A DNA stretch of 64,000 bases from a bacterium (GCA_021844065.1 JAKBUE010000006.1:40477-104476); one strand, 5' to 3'. Counted from the stretch's first letter, positions 20,219-30,682 are shown. Program-made: numbers and translations. The notes: generated by a model not told the origin, from the letters alone.

Positions 20219-20587
20219 TTATATTCCCAAGTCTTCCAGATCCTCATCAGTGACCAAGCCTGCCTCACCTCGACCTGCGGCTGGAGCCTGACCCTGACTC
20301 TGTTCGCGTCTTTCCTGATGTTCACGACGCATGCCCTCCGGTTCATAGATGACGAGGCCGACACGAGCGTCTTCCTTGGCACCCACGGTGCGCAACAGGA
20401 TGCGCAAGGCCTTTGCCGTCTTACCGGCGCGACCGATGACATAACCCATGTCTTCTGGGTTGACATACAAGGTGATCTTCACGCCCTTGCTGTCGATTTC
20501 GCGCTCCGTCCGGACGTCGTCTGGATGGTTAACGATTGACTTAACTACGTATTCAATGAACGCCTGATCCTTATGCGTTTCTGCCAT
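20219..20587 (-). CDS. KH-domain RNA-binding protein (KhpA/YlqC-like)
   Basis: 'VGRVIGRAGKTAKALR'-type GXXG KH motif ('YVIGRAGKTAKALRILL'); in the conserved position between rpsP and trmD. Confidence 0.75.
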   Translation of the reverse strand: MAETHKDQAFIEYVVKSIVNHPDDVRTEREIDSKGVKITLYVNPEDMGYVIGRAGKTAKALRILLRTVGAKEDARVGLVIYEPEGMRREHQERREQSQGQAPAAGRGEAGLVTDEDLEDLGI

Positions 20588-20736
20588 AGCAGTATTTCCC
20601 GGGTACGTACCCGATGATTAGGAATTTATTGCGGCCTTGTGGCCATGTGTTAAGGAATACGGTCAAACCGTATCTGTGAGCCACGATAGCACTTAATGCC
20701 TAAAGAATCAACACCCGACAGCGAAAAAACAGGCCA

Positions 20737-21048
20737 TTAAGCCTGTTTTTTCTTCTCCAACTTCTCTTTGCGTTTCTTTGAGATGCTGAGCTTTTTGCGT
20801 TTTTCTCCTGTGACAATCTTCTGGTCCAATAGCAGGTTCCAGACGGTATCCGATGCTTGTGCGCCCTTATCTAGCCAATATTTGACACGTTCTACCTTGA
20901 AATCAATGACCGAAGGGGTCGCAATCGGGTTATAAGTACCCAAATTCTCTAGATATTTACCCCAAGGATCCTTGGTTTTTTCGGAAACAATCAACCGATA
21001 GCTTGGCTGTTTCTTCTTGCCGACCCGGGAAAGACGGATAGTAATCAT
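20737..21048 (-). CDS. rpsP: 30S ribosomal protein S16 with a Lys-rich C-terminal extension
   Basis: 'MITIRLSRVGKKKQPSYRLIV' is the S16 N-terminus. Confidence 0.9.
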   Translation of the reverse strand: MITIRLSRVGKKKQPSYRLIVSEKTKDPWGKYLENLGTYNPIATPSVIDFKVERVKYWLDKGAQASDTVWNLLLDQKIVTGEKRKKLSISKKRKEKLEKKKQA

Positions 21049-21221
21049 GATTTTTGCTTAAAACTAAGTGTTTTTACGGCGCAAAATGCGCTATTGAGCT
21101 TGACGGTGCGCATAACATACGCCTTTTCCGCTCCCCCGTCAAGTTATCCACCTTGACAAAAAGCCCGATTTTATATAGCTTCTCGAATCGCACCTTCACC
21201 GGCTGGAGGACCATGGGCAAA

Positions 21222-22196
21222 GCTAAAAACATCGACAGATTCCCCGATAAACCGCCACAAAACAAGGGCGTCCGGTATCGGGCATGGCTGGAAAGCCAAG
21301 TCCTGCTGTTCCATGAGATACTCCGCGGCTTGGCCGAGGGAGTCATCGTCATGACGCCGGACTTCGGCATCACTTTCGTCAACCCATCCGCCGAAGAACT
21401 GCTTCGCTTAAGCCAGACAGACCTGTCCGCGCTTTCCATCGAGGGTCTCTTCTGCGATGAACGGGGATATGACTGCGGCCACAAGCTCATCCGTGACGGA
21501 ACCAACAACCCTCCCCAACCCAAGCTCGTACACCTGCGTGACAACCCGAACATCACAGTCGAGGCCAGCGTATCCTTCCTCAAGGTTGGCGACGAGACCG
21601 TCCGCATCATCATCAAGATCAGGGACGTCAGCTTCGAACTGGCGCAAAAGAAAAAGCTGAAGATGCAGGCAGAGACCGATCGCCTCACCGGCTGTTTCAA
21701 CCGCTGGTGGTTCGAGGAAGAATACGTGCACAGACTGGAGGCTGCCCGCGGATGCAAAAGCTGGATCGGCCTCATCTTCATCGATCTGGATGGTTTCAAG
21801 CGATACAACGACGAATCCTTCCTCTGGGGAGATCGCCTGATCAAGATGGCCGCGGACATCATACGCTCCGTCCTGCGCCCTGGAGACAGCCTCGTCCGGC
21901 CAGGCGGAGATGAATTCGTCCTGCTCTGCCTCGACATCACCCCCAAGACCGTCATGGACATCGCCCTGCGGATACAGACCGCACTGCGTTCACGCGACCT
22001 GCGCATGCCGCGGGATCCCGAACAAAGGTTCAACCTAACGGCATCGATCGGCGTCTCAGTATTGAACGGTACGGATGAACGCCTGGAGCAGCTCCTGGAT
22101 TTCGCCCAGGACGCGAAACGCCAAGCGAAACTCCGCGGCAAAAACTGCATCGTCTCCCTCCCGGACGAAATTTCCGACCAAGTAGTCATCCACTAG
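21222..22196 (+). CDS. PAS-GGDEF diguanylate cyclase
   Basis: PAS-like 'VIVMTPDFGITFVNPSAEELL', 'FIDLDGFKRYND', and an intact 'GGDEF'. The ORF is open from 21054; the start was chosen at MGKAK. Confidence 0.75.
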   Translation, partial: AKNIDRFPDKPPQNKGVRYRAWLESQVLLFHEILRGLAEGVIVMTPDFGITFVNPSAEELLRLSQTDLSALSIEGLFCDERGYDCGHKLIRDGTNNPPQPKLVHLRDNPNITVEASVSFLKVGDETVRIIIKIRDVSFELAQKKKLKMQAETDRLTGCFNRWWFEEEYVHRLEAARGCKSWIGLIFIDLDGFKRYNDESFLWGDRLIKMAADIIRSVLRPGDSLVRPGGDEFVLLCLDITPKTVMDIALRIQTALRSRDLRMPRDPEQRFNLTASIGVSVLNGTDERLEQLLDFAQDAKRQAKLRGKNCIVSLPDEISDQVVIH

Positions 22197-22282
22197 TCCC
22201 GCCTTCTCGCCCTCCGAAACTCATCGGGGGGCGTTGCTTTTTGCGGATTTACCGCTTGACGACCACGGGTTAAGATAGGCAT

Positions 22283-22741
22283 ATGAAAGATAGCAAAAAA
22301 GAGAAAAAACAGGCGACCAAAACGAACAAAGAAAAACGCTTCAGATTCGCTGCCGAACAACTCGCTCTAGAGCGTAAACGGCACCTCGCTCTAGCCCAAG
22401 AGCTCCTCAAGGCACACCAACAAGGAGCAAAATCATTCGCATTCGCCGCGAACATCAAAAAACACCTTGTCTTGGCTAACGCTAATCCCGAAGATATCGG
22501 CATCAGCGATGAAGAACTGGACGACCTTGAACTGGAGTTGATAGCACAAGCTGAAGAAGAGATGGAATCCCTACGACGTCACCCTGATTCTGCCCGGCTA
22601 CTTATTCTCACCCGGGATATGCGGCAGGCCGGCTACTCCCCCGCGTTGCTCGGTACGACTACAGACGAACTGAAGGAGCTGAATGAAAAAGCCAAAAAAC
22701 ACGAGGCCTCAAAAGAAACTAATCCTGATTTCTTTGCTTGA
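22283..22741 (+). CDS. hypothetical charged/coiled-coil protein
   Basis: 152-aa K/E-rich ORF. Confidence 0.4.
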   Translation: MKDSKKEKKQATKTNKEKRFRFAAEQLALERKRHLALAQELLKAHQQGAKSFAFAANIKKHLVLANANPEDIGISDEELDDLELELIAQAEEEMESLRRHPDSARLLILTRDMRQAGYSPALLGTTTDELKELNEKAKKHEASKETNPDFFA

Positions 22742-23660
22742 TGCTATGCAGCCAAAATATTTCGTCGTTTTTTTCATTATCTCATTAGCCAGCTTCAGTG
22801 CCGGTTGCACTAAACAAACCACCATACATTCCCAAGACCAAGCGTCTTCGCCTGTCATTGATGCACACGATCCTGCAACAGCGAAGAGCTTTGAAGCTGC
22901 ACCGCAACAACTTCTGGGCGGCGACCGAGATGCACATGGTTGCATCGGATCTGCCGGATATTCCTGGTGCGAGTCCACAAACAGATGCCAACGGCCCTGG
23001 GAAGAAAAATGCCCTGAAACTGCTCCACCTCCTACGGAACATTCCGCTGTCCGGATCCGCTCCAATATCTACGGCTTCTCGGATACGCCCGACTGCTATT
23101 TCTTCGAAAACGCAGACTACACTGGTTTCGACCTGCTTCAGGCGTTACAGGACGAAGGTCCCGGGCAGTCTGTCCAAAAGCAACCCGTTTTCTATACCCC
23201 GGATAACGTAAAGAAACTTAACCAGAGCATTACGTCCGAGCTAGCCAAAAAAGAAGAGAAATTCCGTGCCGTCTCGGCCTGCCACCTCGCATCAGGGTTA
23301 GACGTAGTTTCTGGAGTCATCTGGCCCATGGACCGAACTTGGGATGAACCCGACTACAAAACCGAAGAAGCTGCATATCGCGCCTATCTGAATCAGCTGC
23401 GAGATGCCAGCCGCGTGCTGATCGTTGACCAAAGCAAAGTAGCCGTCGTTCAAGGTTTACCCTTACATGGTCCGACCGTCACCGGCGGCGACGTGGAATC
23501 CTGCCGTGCCGAAAAATCTGACTCAAACATAACCTGGAAATGCTTCACAGGCATGGATTTAGACGAGACTACAAACCAACTCGGCGACCCGCATTACACG
23601 ACCTGGACGCTCTCTCGAGATGGGCGCGTGCTGAAGAAGACCGATACGGTGGAACCGTAA
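22742..23660 (+). CDS. putative lipoprotein
   Basis: Signal peptide plus lipobox-like 'SLASFSAGC'; the ORF is open from 22683. Confidence 0.5.
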
Positions 23661-23740
23661 AAAACAAAGAAGCGCACCAGAGAGAGGAGCGCAATGTCCG
23701 TCTTGCGACGGTACGCTTCCTGTCTCGCGGTGCGCGAGAG

Positions 23741-24436
23741 CTACTCCCCCACCTTCTGCAACACGAACATCGTGTGATAGAAGTGAAGGTAGCGGAACAT
23801 GCTGGAGTCGAACGAGGTCTCGTTCACGAGCCGGACGGCTCCAAGGCTGTCAAAGATCGCCCGCCACTCTTCCTTGGAGTGGTTTCTCCCCTCGCTGTGG
23901 ACCTCCGCGTTGAGGAGGGCGTCGGAGATGGCATTCGTTTGACGCTGGCGAGCATCCTCCGGAGTGTCTTCGAGGATGATGAGACGACCACCGACCCGCA
24001 GCACCCGAAGCGCCTCCTTGAGCACGGCCATCTCATCCGCTGCATGGTGCAGGACGAACAGGATGGTGACGTTATCGAAGCGGCTGCTCTTGTACGGGAG
24101 ATGCTCTCCGTCGTACGTAGCCAGTTCGATCCTGTCCGTCTGGGCGAGTCTGCGCGCACAGGGTGCGCCGATAAGCCACATGCCCACGTAAAGGACGTGA
24201 GCACGGACGTCGACAGCACTTACCGTCATTCCAGTGCGGCTCAGCAGGGCCGCAATGTGGCCGGCGCCGGTACCGATGTCCAGCACGGTTCCGGGCAGGG
24301 TGTGCTGGATGAGCTTGTCCGTGAAGAACTGAGCCCGTCCGAACGCCGGCTTCCGGATCGCCAACTCGACGATTTCGCCCCAGAAGATGTAGCCGATGAA
24401 AAACGCGACGAGAAGAGCGACTGCGATCGGACCCAT
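23741..24436 (-). CDS. class I SAM-dependent methyltransferase with an N-terminal TM helix
   Basis: Motif I 'VLDIGTGAGHIAALL'. Confidence 0.7.
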   Translation of the reverse strand: MGPIAVALLVAFFIGYIFWGEIVELAIRKPAFGRAQFFTDKLIQHTLPGTVLDIGTGAGHIAALLSRTGMTVSAVDVRAHVLYVGMWLIGAPCARRLAQTDRIELATYDGEHLPYKSSRFDNVTILFVLHHAADEMAVLKEALRVLRVGGRLIILEDTPEDARQRQTNAISDALLNAEVHSEGRNHSKEEWRAIFDSLGAVRLVNETSFDSSMFRYLHFYHTMFVLQKVGE

Positions 24437-24775
24437 GTTTTTTCTCCTGCTGGTTGTAAAGGTCTACGTCGTTTGAGGATTTCCCCTGAATCCAATCGCT
24501 TCGGATCGGATATTGAACACAGTCTCACGCATCTTTGTAGCGATTTTGACCAAAAAATATAACACAAAACCCGGCTTTTGTCAACCGGTCCTAGCGATAA
24601 ATGTCTATAAATGAAGGGCTTTTCTCTACTAAGCCCATTTTATGAAACAGGTAAACGCATATCTAAACGCGGAAGAGTTTCCACCCTCCCGTGTGCTCTT
24701 CCCACCAATAGTAGGCACCTCCCGGTTCCCAAGCCCTCCCCTGTTCGCCGCAGCTGGCGGAAATATTCAAAAATA

Positions 24776-24804
24776 ATTCCCACCGTATTGGTGGGAATTA
24801 TTTT
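24776..24804. terminator. terminator hairpin downstream of tRNA-Glu
   Basis: aattcccacc-gtatt-ggtgggaatt with T-runs on both sides. Confidence 0.5.
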
Positions 24805-24879
24805 TGGTAGCCCCTAGGGGAGTCGAACCCCTCTTAACGGCTTGAAAAGCCGCTGTCCTAACCGATAGACGAAGGGGCC
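24805..24879 (-). tRNA. tRNA-Glu (anticodon UUC)
   Basis: Manual fold: 7-bp acceptor stem (G1-U72), U8, D stem, anticodon stem GCGGC/GCCGU with loop UUUUCAA, T-loop GGTTCGACTCC, 3' ACCA encoded. Confidence 0.85.
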
Positions 24880-25005
24880 ACGGTGCGCAGAGGATAAACA
24901 AATAATTCGCTTTAGTCAAGCATGCGGACTTACCTAACTATCTTGACTTTTTGCACATTTTGTGGCTTAACTAACTGCGCCCTTTAACCCATTCTGGAGG
25001 TCAGG

Positions 25006-26214
25006 ATGCCGGAGAAAAAAAGCGGCTTGGGCATCTGGATCACTCTACTCAAGCTCATCTTTAAATTCGCTGGTAAGGCCTTGGCGACACTTGCCCAGCT
25101 CTTCAAGTTCGGCAAGGTCGGTGTAGCTATCTCTTTCGGAGTCTACTCCGCCATCTTCAACTGGAAGTTCGCCAGCGTCCTTCTGTTCAGTCTATTCGTA
25201 CACGAGTACGGACATGTCTGGGCCATGAAGCGCGCTGGAATGCGCATCCAAGGGATGTACTTCATCCCATTTCTTGGCGCCGTCGCCGTCGGTAAAGGTG
25301 ACTTCCCTTCACGTAGCGCAGAGGTCAAGATCGCGCTCATGGGGCCGCTATGGGGCTTCACGCTGACGCTTGCGACCTACGGAGTCTATGAAATGACCCG
25401 AGAGCCGATTGTCGCTGCCATCGCCGGTTGGATGGCGTTGATCAATATCTTCAACCTGCTCCCCATCATGCCGCTGGACGGAGGCCGCGTCTTCCGTAAC
25501 ATCGCCCTCTCGTTCACAGGCTGGACCGGAGTCCTGCTCTTCCTTGGTACCTGCGCCCTGTCCTTGCACCTTGCGATGAACTTGGGGCTCTCGCTGATCT
25601 GGATCGTGATAATCCTCGGGCTCTTCGAAAGCGTGCGTGACCTGTTCCGCTCTGTCAGGAACAACCGCCGGCAACAGATGGCCGAGGACCTAGCTCCGCT
25701 CTTCGGAGTCGAGCCGCAGCCCAAAGCTGTAGCCGCAGCACTGCTACAGCTAAACGAGGAATACAAGAAATGTCTCGTCGATAGGCAGGACGGGAAGTTC
25801 GTCAGCAGCCTGACGGATAACGATCTTACAGACTACCCGCTGCTTTCTCGTGAAAGGATTCGCATTGCTGCCGCGCAAGGCTGGAGGGAAGTTCTAATCC
25901 TCAAGCTAGATACTGATGCGAATAACGATGCTCAACGGCTAGTTGTATGTATCATTCCTACGCTCTTCCGTCCCCTGGGAGACCTCCTCAAAAAAAATCT
26001 ACGCAACACCAGTTGGCTAGTGGAAGGCGACGTGCCTAATCAGATATTCAGCGAGCTGCACACCTACACAGGCAATGGCGCGCCGTTAAGCAGGGTTGGC
26101 ATCGCGGCGTCCGCTCTGGCGTACATCATCTTGACCATAGCTCTCTTCAGCCTCCTCTTCGCCACGAAACACGTCCCCGGAGCTGATATGGCCTTCGCCG
26201 TGTTCGTGCACTGA
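25006..26214 (+). CDS. M50-family (site-2 protease-like) membrane metalloprotease
   Basis: 'HEYGHVWAM' HExxH within a TM helix plus 'LLPIMPLDGGRVF' LDG motif. Confidence 0.75.
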   Translation: MPEKKSGLGIWITLLKLIFKFAGKALATLAQLFKFGKVGVAISFGVYSAIFNWKFASVLLFSLFVHEYGHVWAMKRAGMRIQGMYFIPFLGAVAVGKGDFPSRSAEVKIALMGPLWGFTLTLATYGVYEMTREPIVAAIAGWMALINIFNLLPIMPLDGGRVFRNIALSFTGWTGVLLFLGTCALSLHLAMNLGLSLIWIVIILGLFESVRDLFRSVRNNRRQQMAEDLAPLFGVEPQPKAVAAALLQLNEEYKKCLVDRQDGKFVSSLTDNDLTDYPLLSRERIRIAAAQGWREVLILKLDTDANNDAQRLVVCIIPTLFRPLGDLLKKNLRNTSWLVEGDVPNQIFSELHTYTGNGAPLSRVGIAASALAYIILTIALFSLLFATKHVPGADMAFAVFVH

Positions 26215-26221
26215 AACTCAC

Positions 26222-26262
26222 CCGTCGCCCAAAAAGCGACGGGTTCCTCGTTTTATTAAAAA
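26222..26262. terminator. rho-independent terminator
   Basis: acccgtcgc-ccaaaaa-gcgacgggt followed by a T-rich tail. Confidence 0.6.
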
Positions 26263-26328
26263 CTTAAGACCGCGCAGACCCTAATGGGCGCGCGGTCACA
26301 GGTAGGACAAACAATCGGTTCTCAAGGA

Positions 26329-26886
26329 TCAATCGACTCCTGGATCATGGTCAGGCGATACATCCGGTTCCGGACCCTCGGTGCTCGGCCTGACGTATTG
26401 CACTATCTGCACCCCAGGTTGGTTCAACATGGCGTTGAAATCGATCACGGGTTTGACCTTGCCGAGCCAGCGTTGGCGGAAAATCTCCGCGTGCAAAACG
26501 ACTTTCTCGCTCTCAGAACGGCGTTCACCGAAACCCGGGATTGGCCTAGCCCAACCGCCAAGCCTCCTGAATGCATCGACAGAGAAGGTGCGGAAGCCGC
26601 GTCGCGAGACCTCAAGTTCCCATCTCGCCCATTCGGCGTGAAGCTTGTCGAAGCCCCTACGCTCCCCCATGTAAATTTCGCTGACTGCGTCGCCGAAAAC
26701 CGCTCCAGCCCTGCGGTAACGCTCGAGCACATCGGCATCAGAAAGCAGATACTGCCAAACGCGCCTGAACCAACTGAAAAACCACATATTTGCCTCCTGG
26801 GATGTTGGCGTATACGAAGGAGCTGCAAGGCGACGTGAGGATAACCGAAAACCGCCAACAGGTCCAGCCGACCTAATTTGGCGCAC
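26329..26886 (-). CDS. hypothetical protein
   Basis: W/R-rich protein-like ORF on the same strand as the downstream gene; an alternative + strand ORF at 26284..26838 is judged less protein-like. Confidence 0.4.
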   Translation of the reverse strand: MRQIRSAGPVGGFRLSSRRLAAPSYTPTSQEANMWFFSWFRRVWQYLLSDADVLERYRRAGAVFGDAVSEIYMGERRGFDKLHAEWARWELEVSRRGFRTFSVDAFRRLGGWARPIPGFGERRSESEKVVLHAEIFRQRWLGKVKPVIDFNAMLNQPGVQIVQYVRPSTEGPEPDVSPDHDPGVD

Positions 26887-26899
26887 GGTGCGTCCCGAG

Positions 26900-28078
26900 C
26901 TATCTCACTAGGTAATTCTTGAACCTCGCTATCTGCTCGATGAGCAAAGTATTCGCCGCCAAGATTATGACGAAGATCAGAATCAATGAATTTCCTCCCA
27001 AGAATATGCCGCCCATGATGGCGACTATCGAAGCGCCCATGATGGTGACGATATTATCCATGCCTACACCGACGATGGCGTCGCCAATCCTGCCTTTGGG
27101 ATTGACCGAAAAATTATGCACCACGATCATCTCGCCCATGCATCCTATGAGGCCAGCCAGGATACCGGTGATGACGAACGGGATATGCGTCAGGTGCGAA
27201 AAGGTCTCCATCGATTTGACCATGCTTTCGGCCGCGAAGAGTATAGCCACGCCAGCCAGCAACAGATCGGCCCAGATGCGCACCGATGATTTCTTGTCGT
27301 AGTATCGCTCCTCTTCACGTATCTCAGCCACCGGGGATTCCGGCCTATCGCTTTTACGGAAGACGTACAGCGTACCGACGGCCATCAGGAACAAAGCTAT
27401 GCCCACAGGCAAAACCAGTTGGTACAGATCGCCGCCATAGATATTCGCCGAATCCTTGACCCTGCCGAAAAGGACCATGCTGATCGCCACGAAAGCGGTC
27501 AACAGGGTCAAAGCGGTCAAGATCCTGATTGCACCATCCATCTCTTTCACGCTCGGCTTAATCGTGTGATCCTTCACTGGTTTGAGCCTGCCCCCTGCCT
27601 TGAAAGGAGGGAACATCAGAACCGTCTTTTTCCTCGCGTTGGCCAGATTCTGGCGGTAGATGCACCATACCGCATGCAAAATGTTGTAGACGTTGGAGCC
27701 GAAAGTCGTCGAAGCGGCGATGATGGCGAGGTTCACCGCACGGAGATAATCGGTATCCCTGACCTGCAACGAAATGATGGCGGCCATCACACCGATGACC
27801 ATATCAGGGAAAGCCGTACCCATAGCCTGCAGAAAACCACCAGCTAATTTGGTGCGATCCTTGAGCACATCCGTCGTCTCTTCGATGACTTTAGCCGTAC
27901 CGCGGAAGACGAATCCGATACCCACGACGAAGATGATCAGGATGGCCAACGATTGGATCCACCATTCAGTCGTACCTTCGAGCATGTAATCGACGATGAT
28001 GAATCGTAATCCCAAGGCGAAAACGACGTAGGCGACGAGTTTGAGCCACTGGTTTTTCAAGAACATAATTGTTGGCAT
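26900..28078 (-). CDS. polytopic membrane transporter, possibly a CaCA-like cation antiporter
   Basis: About 10 TM segments, 'MGTAFPDMVIGV' alpha-repeat-like motif; the assignment is tentative. Confidence 0.4.
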   Translation of the reverse strand: MPTIMFLKNQWLKLVAYVVFALGLRFIIVDYMLEGTTEWWIQSLAILIIFVVGIGFVFRGTAKVIEETTDVLKDRTKLAGGFLQAMGTAFPDMVIGVMAAIISLQVRDTDYLRAVNLAIIAASTTFGSNVYNILHAVWCIYRQNLANARKKTVLMFPPFKAGGRLKPVKDHTIKPSVKEMDGAIRILTALTLLTAFVAISMVLFGRVKDSANIYGGDLYQLVLPVGIALFLMAVGTLYVFRKSDRPESPVAEIREEERYYDKKSSVRIWADLLLAGVAILFAAESMVKSMETFSHLTHIPFVITGILAGLIGCMGEMIVVHNFSVNPKGRIGDAIVGVGMDNIVTIMGASIVAIMGGIFLGGNSLILIFVIILAANTLLIEQIARFKNYLVR

Positions 28079-28220
28079 GATTTTACCATGGTTTAGGCCC
28101 GGATGATAAGCAAAAAATATACGACGAGGCGTTAGATCACCAAAAATATGACCCTTGACTTTTTTGCCTCAAACTGCTAAAAAAACAGTCCCCCGCAACT
28201 TCCCAACACAATAGAGGTGT

Positions 28221-29117
28221 GTGATGTCTGATAACGATTTCGTCGCTGTCCACGACGGTGATCACCATGCCAATGACGCCCTCGGCGTCGCCATCATGCA
28301 GTGCGTCAAGCCTCACCTGGGCGTGATGCGGTCGCGCGACCCCAGAGACTACTCACGCTGCGCCGCTCGCATCGACGTCGGCGGCAAGTACAACCCCGAC
28401 ACCGACGACTTCGACCACCACCAGGAAGGTGGAGCCGGCGCTCGCCTCAACGGAGTTCAGTACGCCGCCAGCGGTCTTGTCTGGGGAAAATACGGCGTGC
28501 AGATCTGCGGTGACCTTGAAGTCGCAGACCTGGTCGATAGCGACTTCATCCAAGCAGTGGATGCCGAAGACACCGGCCAGTGCACTTGGCGCGAACCTGA
28601 CGAGACCGGCCTGGCGCCTTTCACCTTTACCCGTGCCGTGGAAGCGTTCAATGTCCGCTGCGACATGGAACGCGGACCGGATTCACGGCTCAGAGCCTTC
28701 CGCTTTGCGGTCGACTACTGCCGAAAGACCTTGGAGTTGCAGATCAGCCTAGCGCGGACCAGCGTCTCGTTACGCGATCCGATCCTCGGTATTGCACAGC
28801 CACACGACAAGGTGCTCTGCTTCGACGACGACATCCCATGGCAATACACCGTCTGCAAGTACCTCCCGGATGCGTTGTTCGTCGTCTACCCGCGCAGCAA
28901 CAAAAGCTGGGCCGTACGCGCCGTACCTCTCACACCCACAAGCTTCAGGCTCCGTCGTTCCCTACCCGTCGCTTGGTGCGGCAAGAGTGGACCAGAGCTC
29001 GTGGCTGCGAGCGGTGTCGCCGACGCCACTTTCTGTCACATCGCCGGCTTCATCGCCATCACCAAGACACGCGCCAGCGCGCTAGCCCTGGCCGAGCGCG
29101 CCCTTCCTCTCCCCTGA
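28221..29117 (+). CDS. MYG1/UPF0160-family metal-dependent hydrolase
   Basis: 'VAVHDGDHHANDALGVAIM' matches the MYG1 N-terminal HDG.FH.DEAL-type motif, plus 'DHH'. Confidence 0.6.
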   Translation: MMSDNDFVAVHDGDHHANDALGVAIMQCVKPHLGVMRSRDPRDYSRCAARIDVGGKYNPDTDDFDHHQEGGAGARLNGVQYAASGLVWGKYGVQICGDLEVADLVDSDFIQAVDAEDTGQCTWREPDETGLAPFTFTRAVEAFNVRCDMERGPDSRLRAFRFAVDYCRKTLELQISLARTSVSLRDPILGIAQPHDKVLCFDDDIPWQYTVCKYLPDALFVVYPRSNKSWAVRAVPLTPTSFRLRRSLPVAWCGKSGPELVAASGVADATFCHIAGFIAITKTRASALALAERALPLP

Positions 29118-29212
29118 CTTTCCTTCGAGCCCCCGTGCATCCAGCCCGGGGGTTCATGCTATCCGGGAACTTGTCGACCAAAAATAACCGTGCTATCGTC
29201 ATTGTACAATTT

Positions 29213-29410
29213 AAGAGTTATCAAGAGCGCAGGAATCCCCGAAATATTTCGGGGTGCGGGATCTGGCCCGCCACGACCTGCCGACAACCTAGTCTGAAAA
29301 ACGGATCAAGGTGTCACCTCCAGCCCAAATCCAGTCGAGTCTAACTCGACGGGTCGTTGGGAAAGATAACCGCAGCAACGGCGCCTTTCACCAACGTGAG
29401 AGGTTTTTTC
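29213..29410 (+). ncRNA. SAM-I riboswitch (aptamer plus intrinsic terminator) in the metK leader
   Basis: 'TTATCAAGAG...GGGATCTGGCCCG...GACAACC...CAAGGTG...AAATCCAG...GATAAC' matches the SAM-I consensus (AUCAAGAG / GGGAcUGGCCCG / GCAACC / P1 closing GAUAAC). A terminator gcgcctttcacc-aacg-tgagagg+T6 lies at 29383-29409. Confidence 0.7.
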
Positions 29411-29535
29411 ATTCTAATTTTCCATAATTCAGCAAGGTCGCATCTGACTTTTTCTGCAGCGAGGACCTGTTCAAGACATAACAGACGAGCCCCGCAGCGC
29501 AGAAAAAGCCAGATAACGACCTCGCTTCCCACTCT

Positions 29536-30588
29536 ATGCTTCTTCCCTCCAAGACCTATACGGTCGAAAGCGTTACCTCCGGACACCCGGACAAGGTGTG
29601 CGACCAGATTTCTGATGCCATACTCGATGCCTACTTGGCACAAGACCCTAAAAGCCGCGTCGCCATAGAATCATTCGGCAGCCACGGGCTACTCGTCATC
29701 GGCGGCGAAGTGACAAGCACGGCGCAAGTCGATGGCGAAGCTGTCGCACGTCAGGTCTACTCCGATATCGGCTATCCCGAAAATCTGAAGATCATCACCC
29801 ATATCGCAGCGCAATCTCCGGATATCGCACAAGGCGTGGACACCGGTGGTGCTGGCGACCAAGGCATCATGTACGGTTTCGCGACCGACGAAACAGCGGA
29901 AAAGATGCCTCGCGCCGTCGTCCAAGCACATGCGCTGGCCAAAGGCTTGGAAGACTTGCGACGTAACGGTTCCCTCCCCTGGCTCAGACCTGACGGTAAG
30001 ACCCAAGTCACCATCCATGACAACAGACTGGAATCCGTTCTCGTCAGTTGCCAACATTCTGCCGATGTTTCGCAACCCGAAATCCGTTCATCCTTGATCG
30101 AAAGACTCATCACTCCGATCATCGGCGACCTGACCGAAATAGAGGTCCTGACGAATCCGACCGGTTCGTTCATTCCCGGCGGCTTCGAGGCAGACGCCGG
30201 ATTGACGGGCAGAAAGATCATGGTCGATACGTATTGCGGCCTAGCTCCGCATGGCGGCGGAGCTTTCTCCGGTAAGGATCCGACCAAAGTCGACCGCTCC
30301 GCTGCCTATATGGCTCGCTTCGTCGCCAAGAACATTGTCGCCAACGGAATCGCGAAGTCCTGTCTTGTCTCAGTCGCCTACGCCATCGGCCGTGCCGATC
30401 CTCTCATGGTGCAAGCCGTCGACCAGGACGGAAAAGAAATTGACCGAGACGTGTTATCTCGGTTCGACTTCCGACCTGCTGCCATCATAGAACGTCTTGA
30501 TTTAAGACGACCGATCTATAGGCAGACGGCCGCATACGGACATTTCGGCAAATCCAATATGCCTTGGGAACAAATCCTAGATCTCTAG
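29536..30588 (+). CDS. metK: S-adenosylmethionine synthetase
   Basis: 'TVESVTSGHPDKVCDQISDAILDAYL' N-terminus, 'GGGAFSGKDPTKVDRSAAY'. Confidence 0.9.
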   Translation: MLLPSKTYTVESVTSGHPDKVCDQISDAILDAYLAQDPKSRVAIESFGSHGLLVIGGEVTSTAQVDGEAVARQVYSDIGYPENLKIITHIAAQSPDIAQGVDTGGAGDQGIMYGFATDETAEKMPRAVVQAHALAKGLEDLRRNGSLPWLRPDGKTQVTIHDNRLESVLVSCQHSADVSQPEIRSSLIERLITPIIGDLTEIEVLTNPTGSFIPGGFEADAGLTGRKIMVDTYCGLAPHGGGAFSGKDPTKVDRSAAYMARFVAKNIVANGIAKSCLVSVAYAIGRADPLMVQAVDQDGKEIDRDVLSRFDFRPAAIIERLDLRRPIYRQTAAYGHFGKSNMPWEQILDL

Positions 30589-30646
30589 TGACCAAAATCC
30601 GCTTTACAGCAAACCGACTGAGGCAAAAAAAACGATTTAAAATGAA

Positions 30647-30682
30647 CGCCCCGCCGTTTTTCTTCACGGCGGGGCGGTGGGG
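30647..30682. terminator. bidirectional terminator
   Basis: aacgccccgccg-tttttcttca-cggcggggcg, between convergent metK and the MVP-like gene. Confidence 0.6.

Noticed and set aside
21074-22189. 371-aa minus-strand ORF
   Set aside because: It is antisense to the PAS-GGDEF gene, whose product has clear domain motifs. The antisense product is an R/S-rich low-complexity artefact.
26284-26838. 184-aa + strand ORF overlapping the 26329..26886 minus-strand ORF
   Set aside because: The minus-strand product is more protein-like and co-directional with the downstream gene. Confidence remains low for both.
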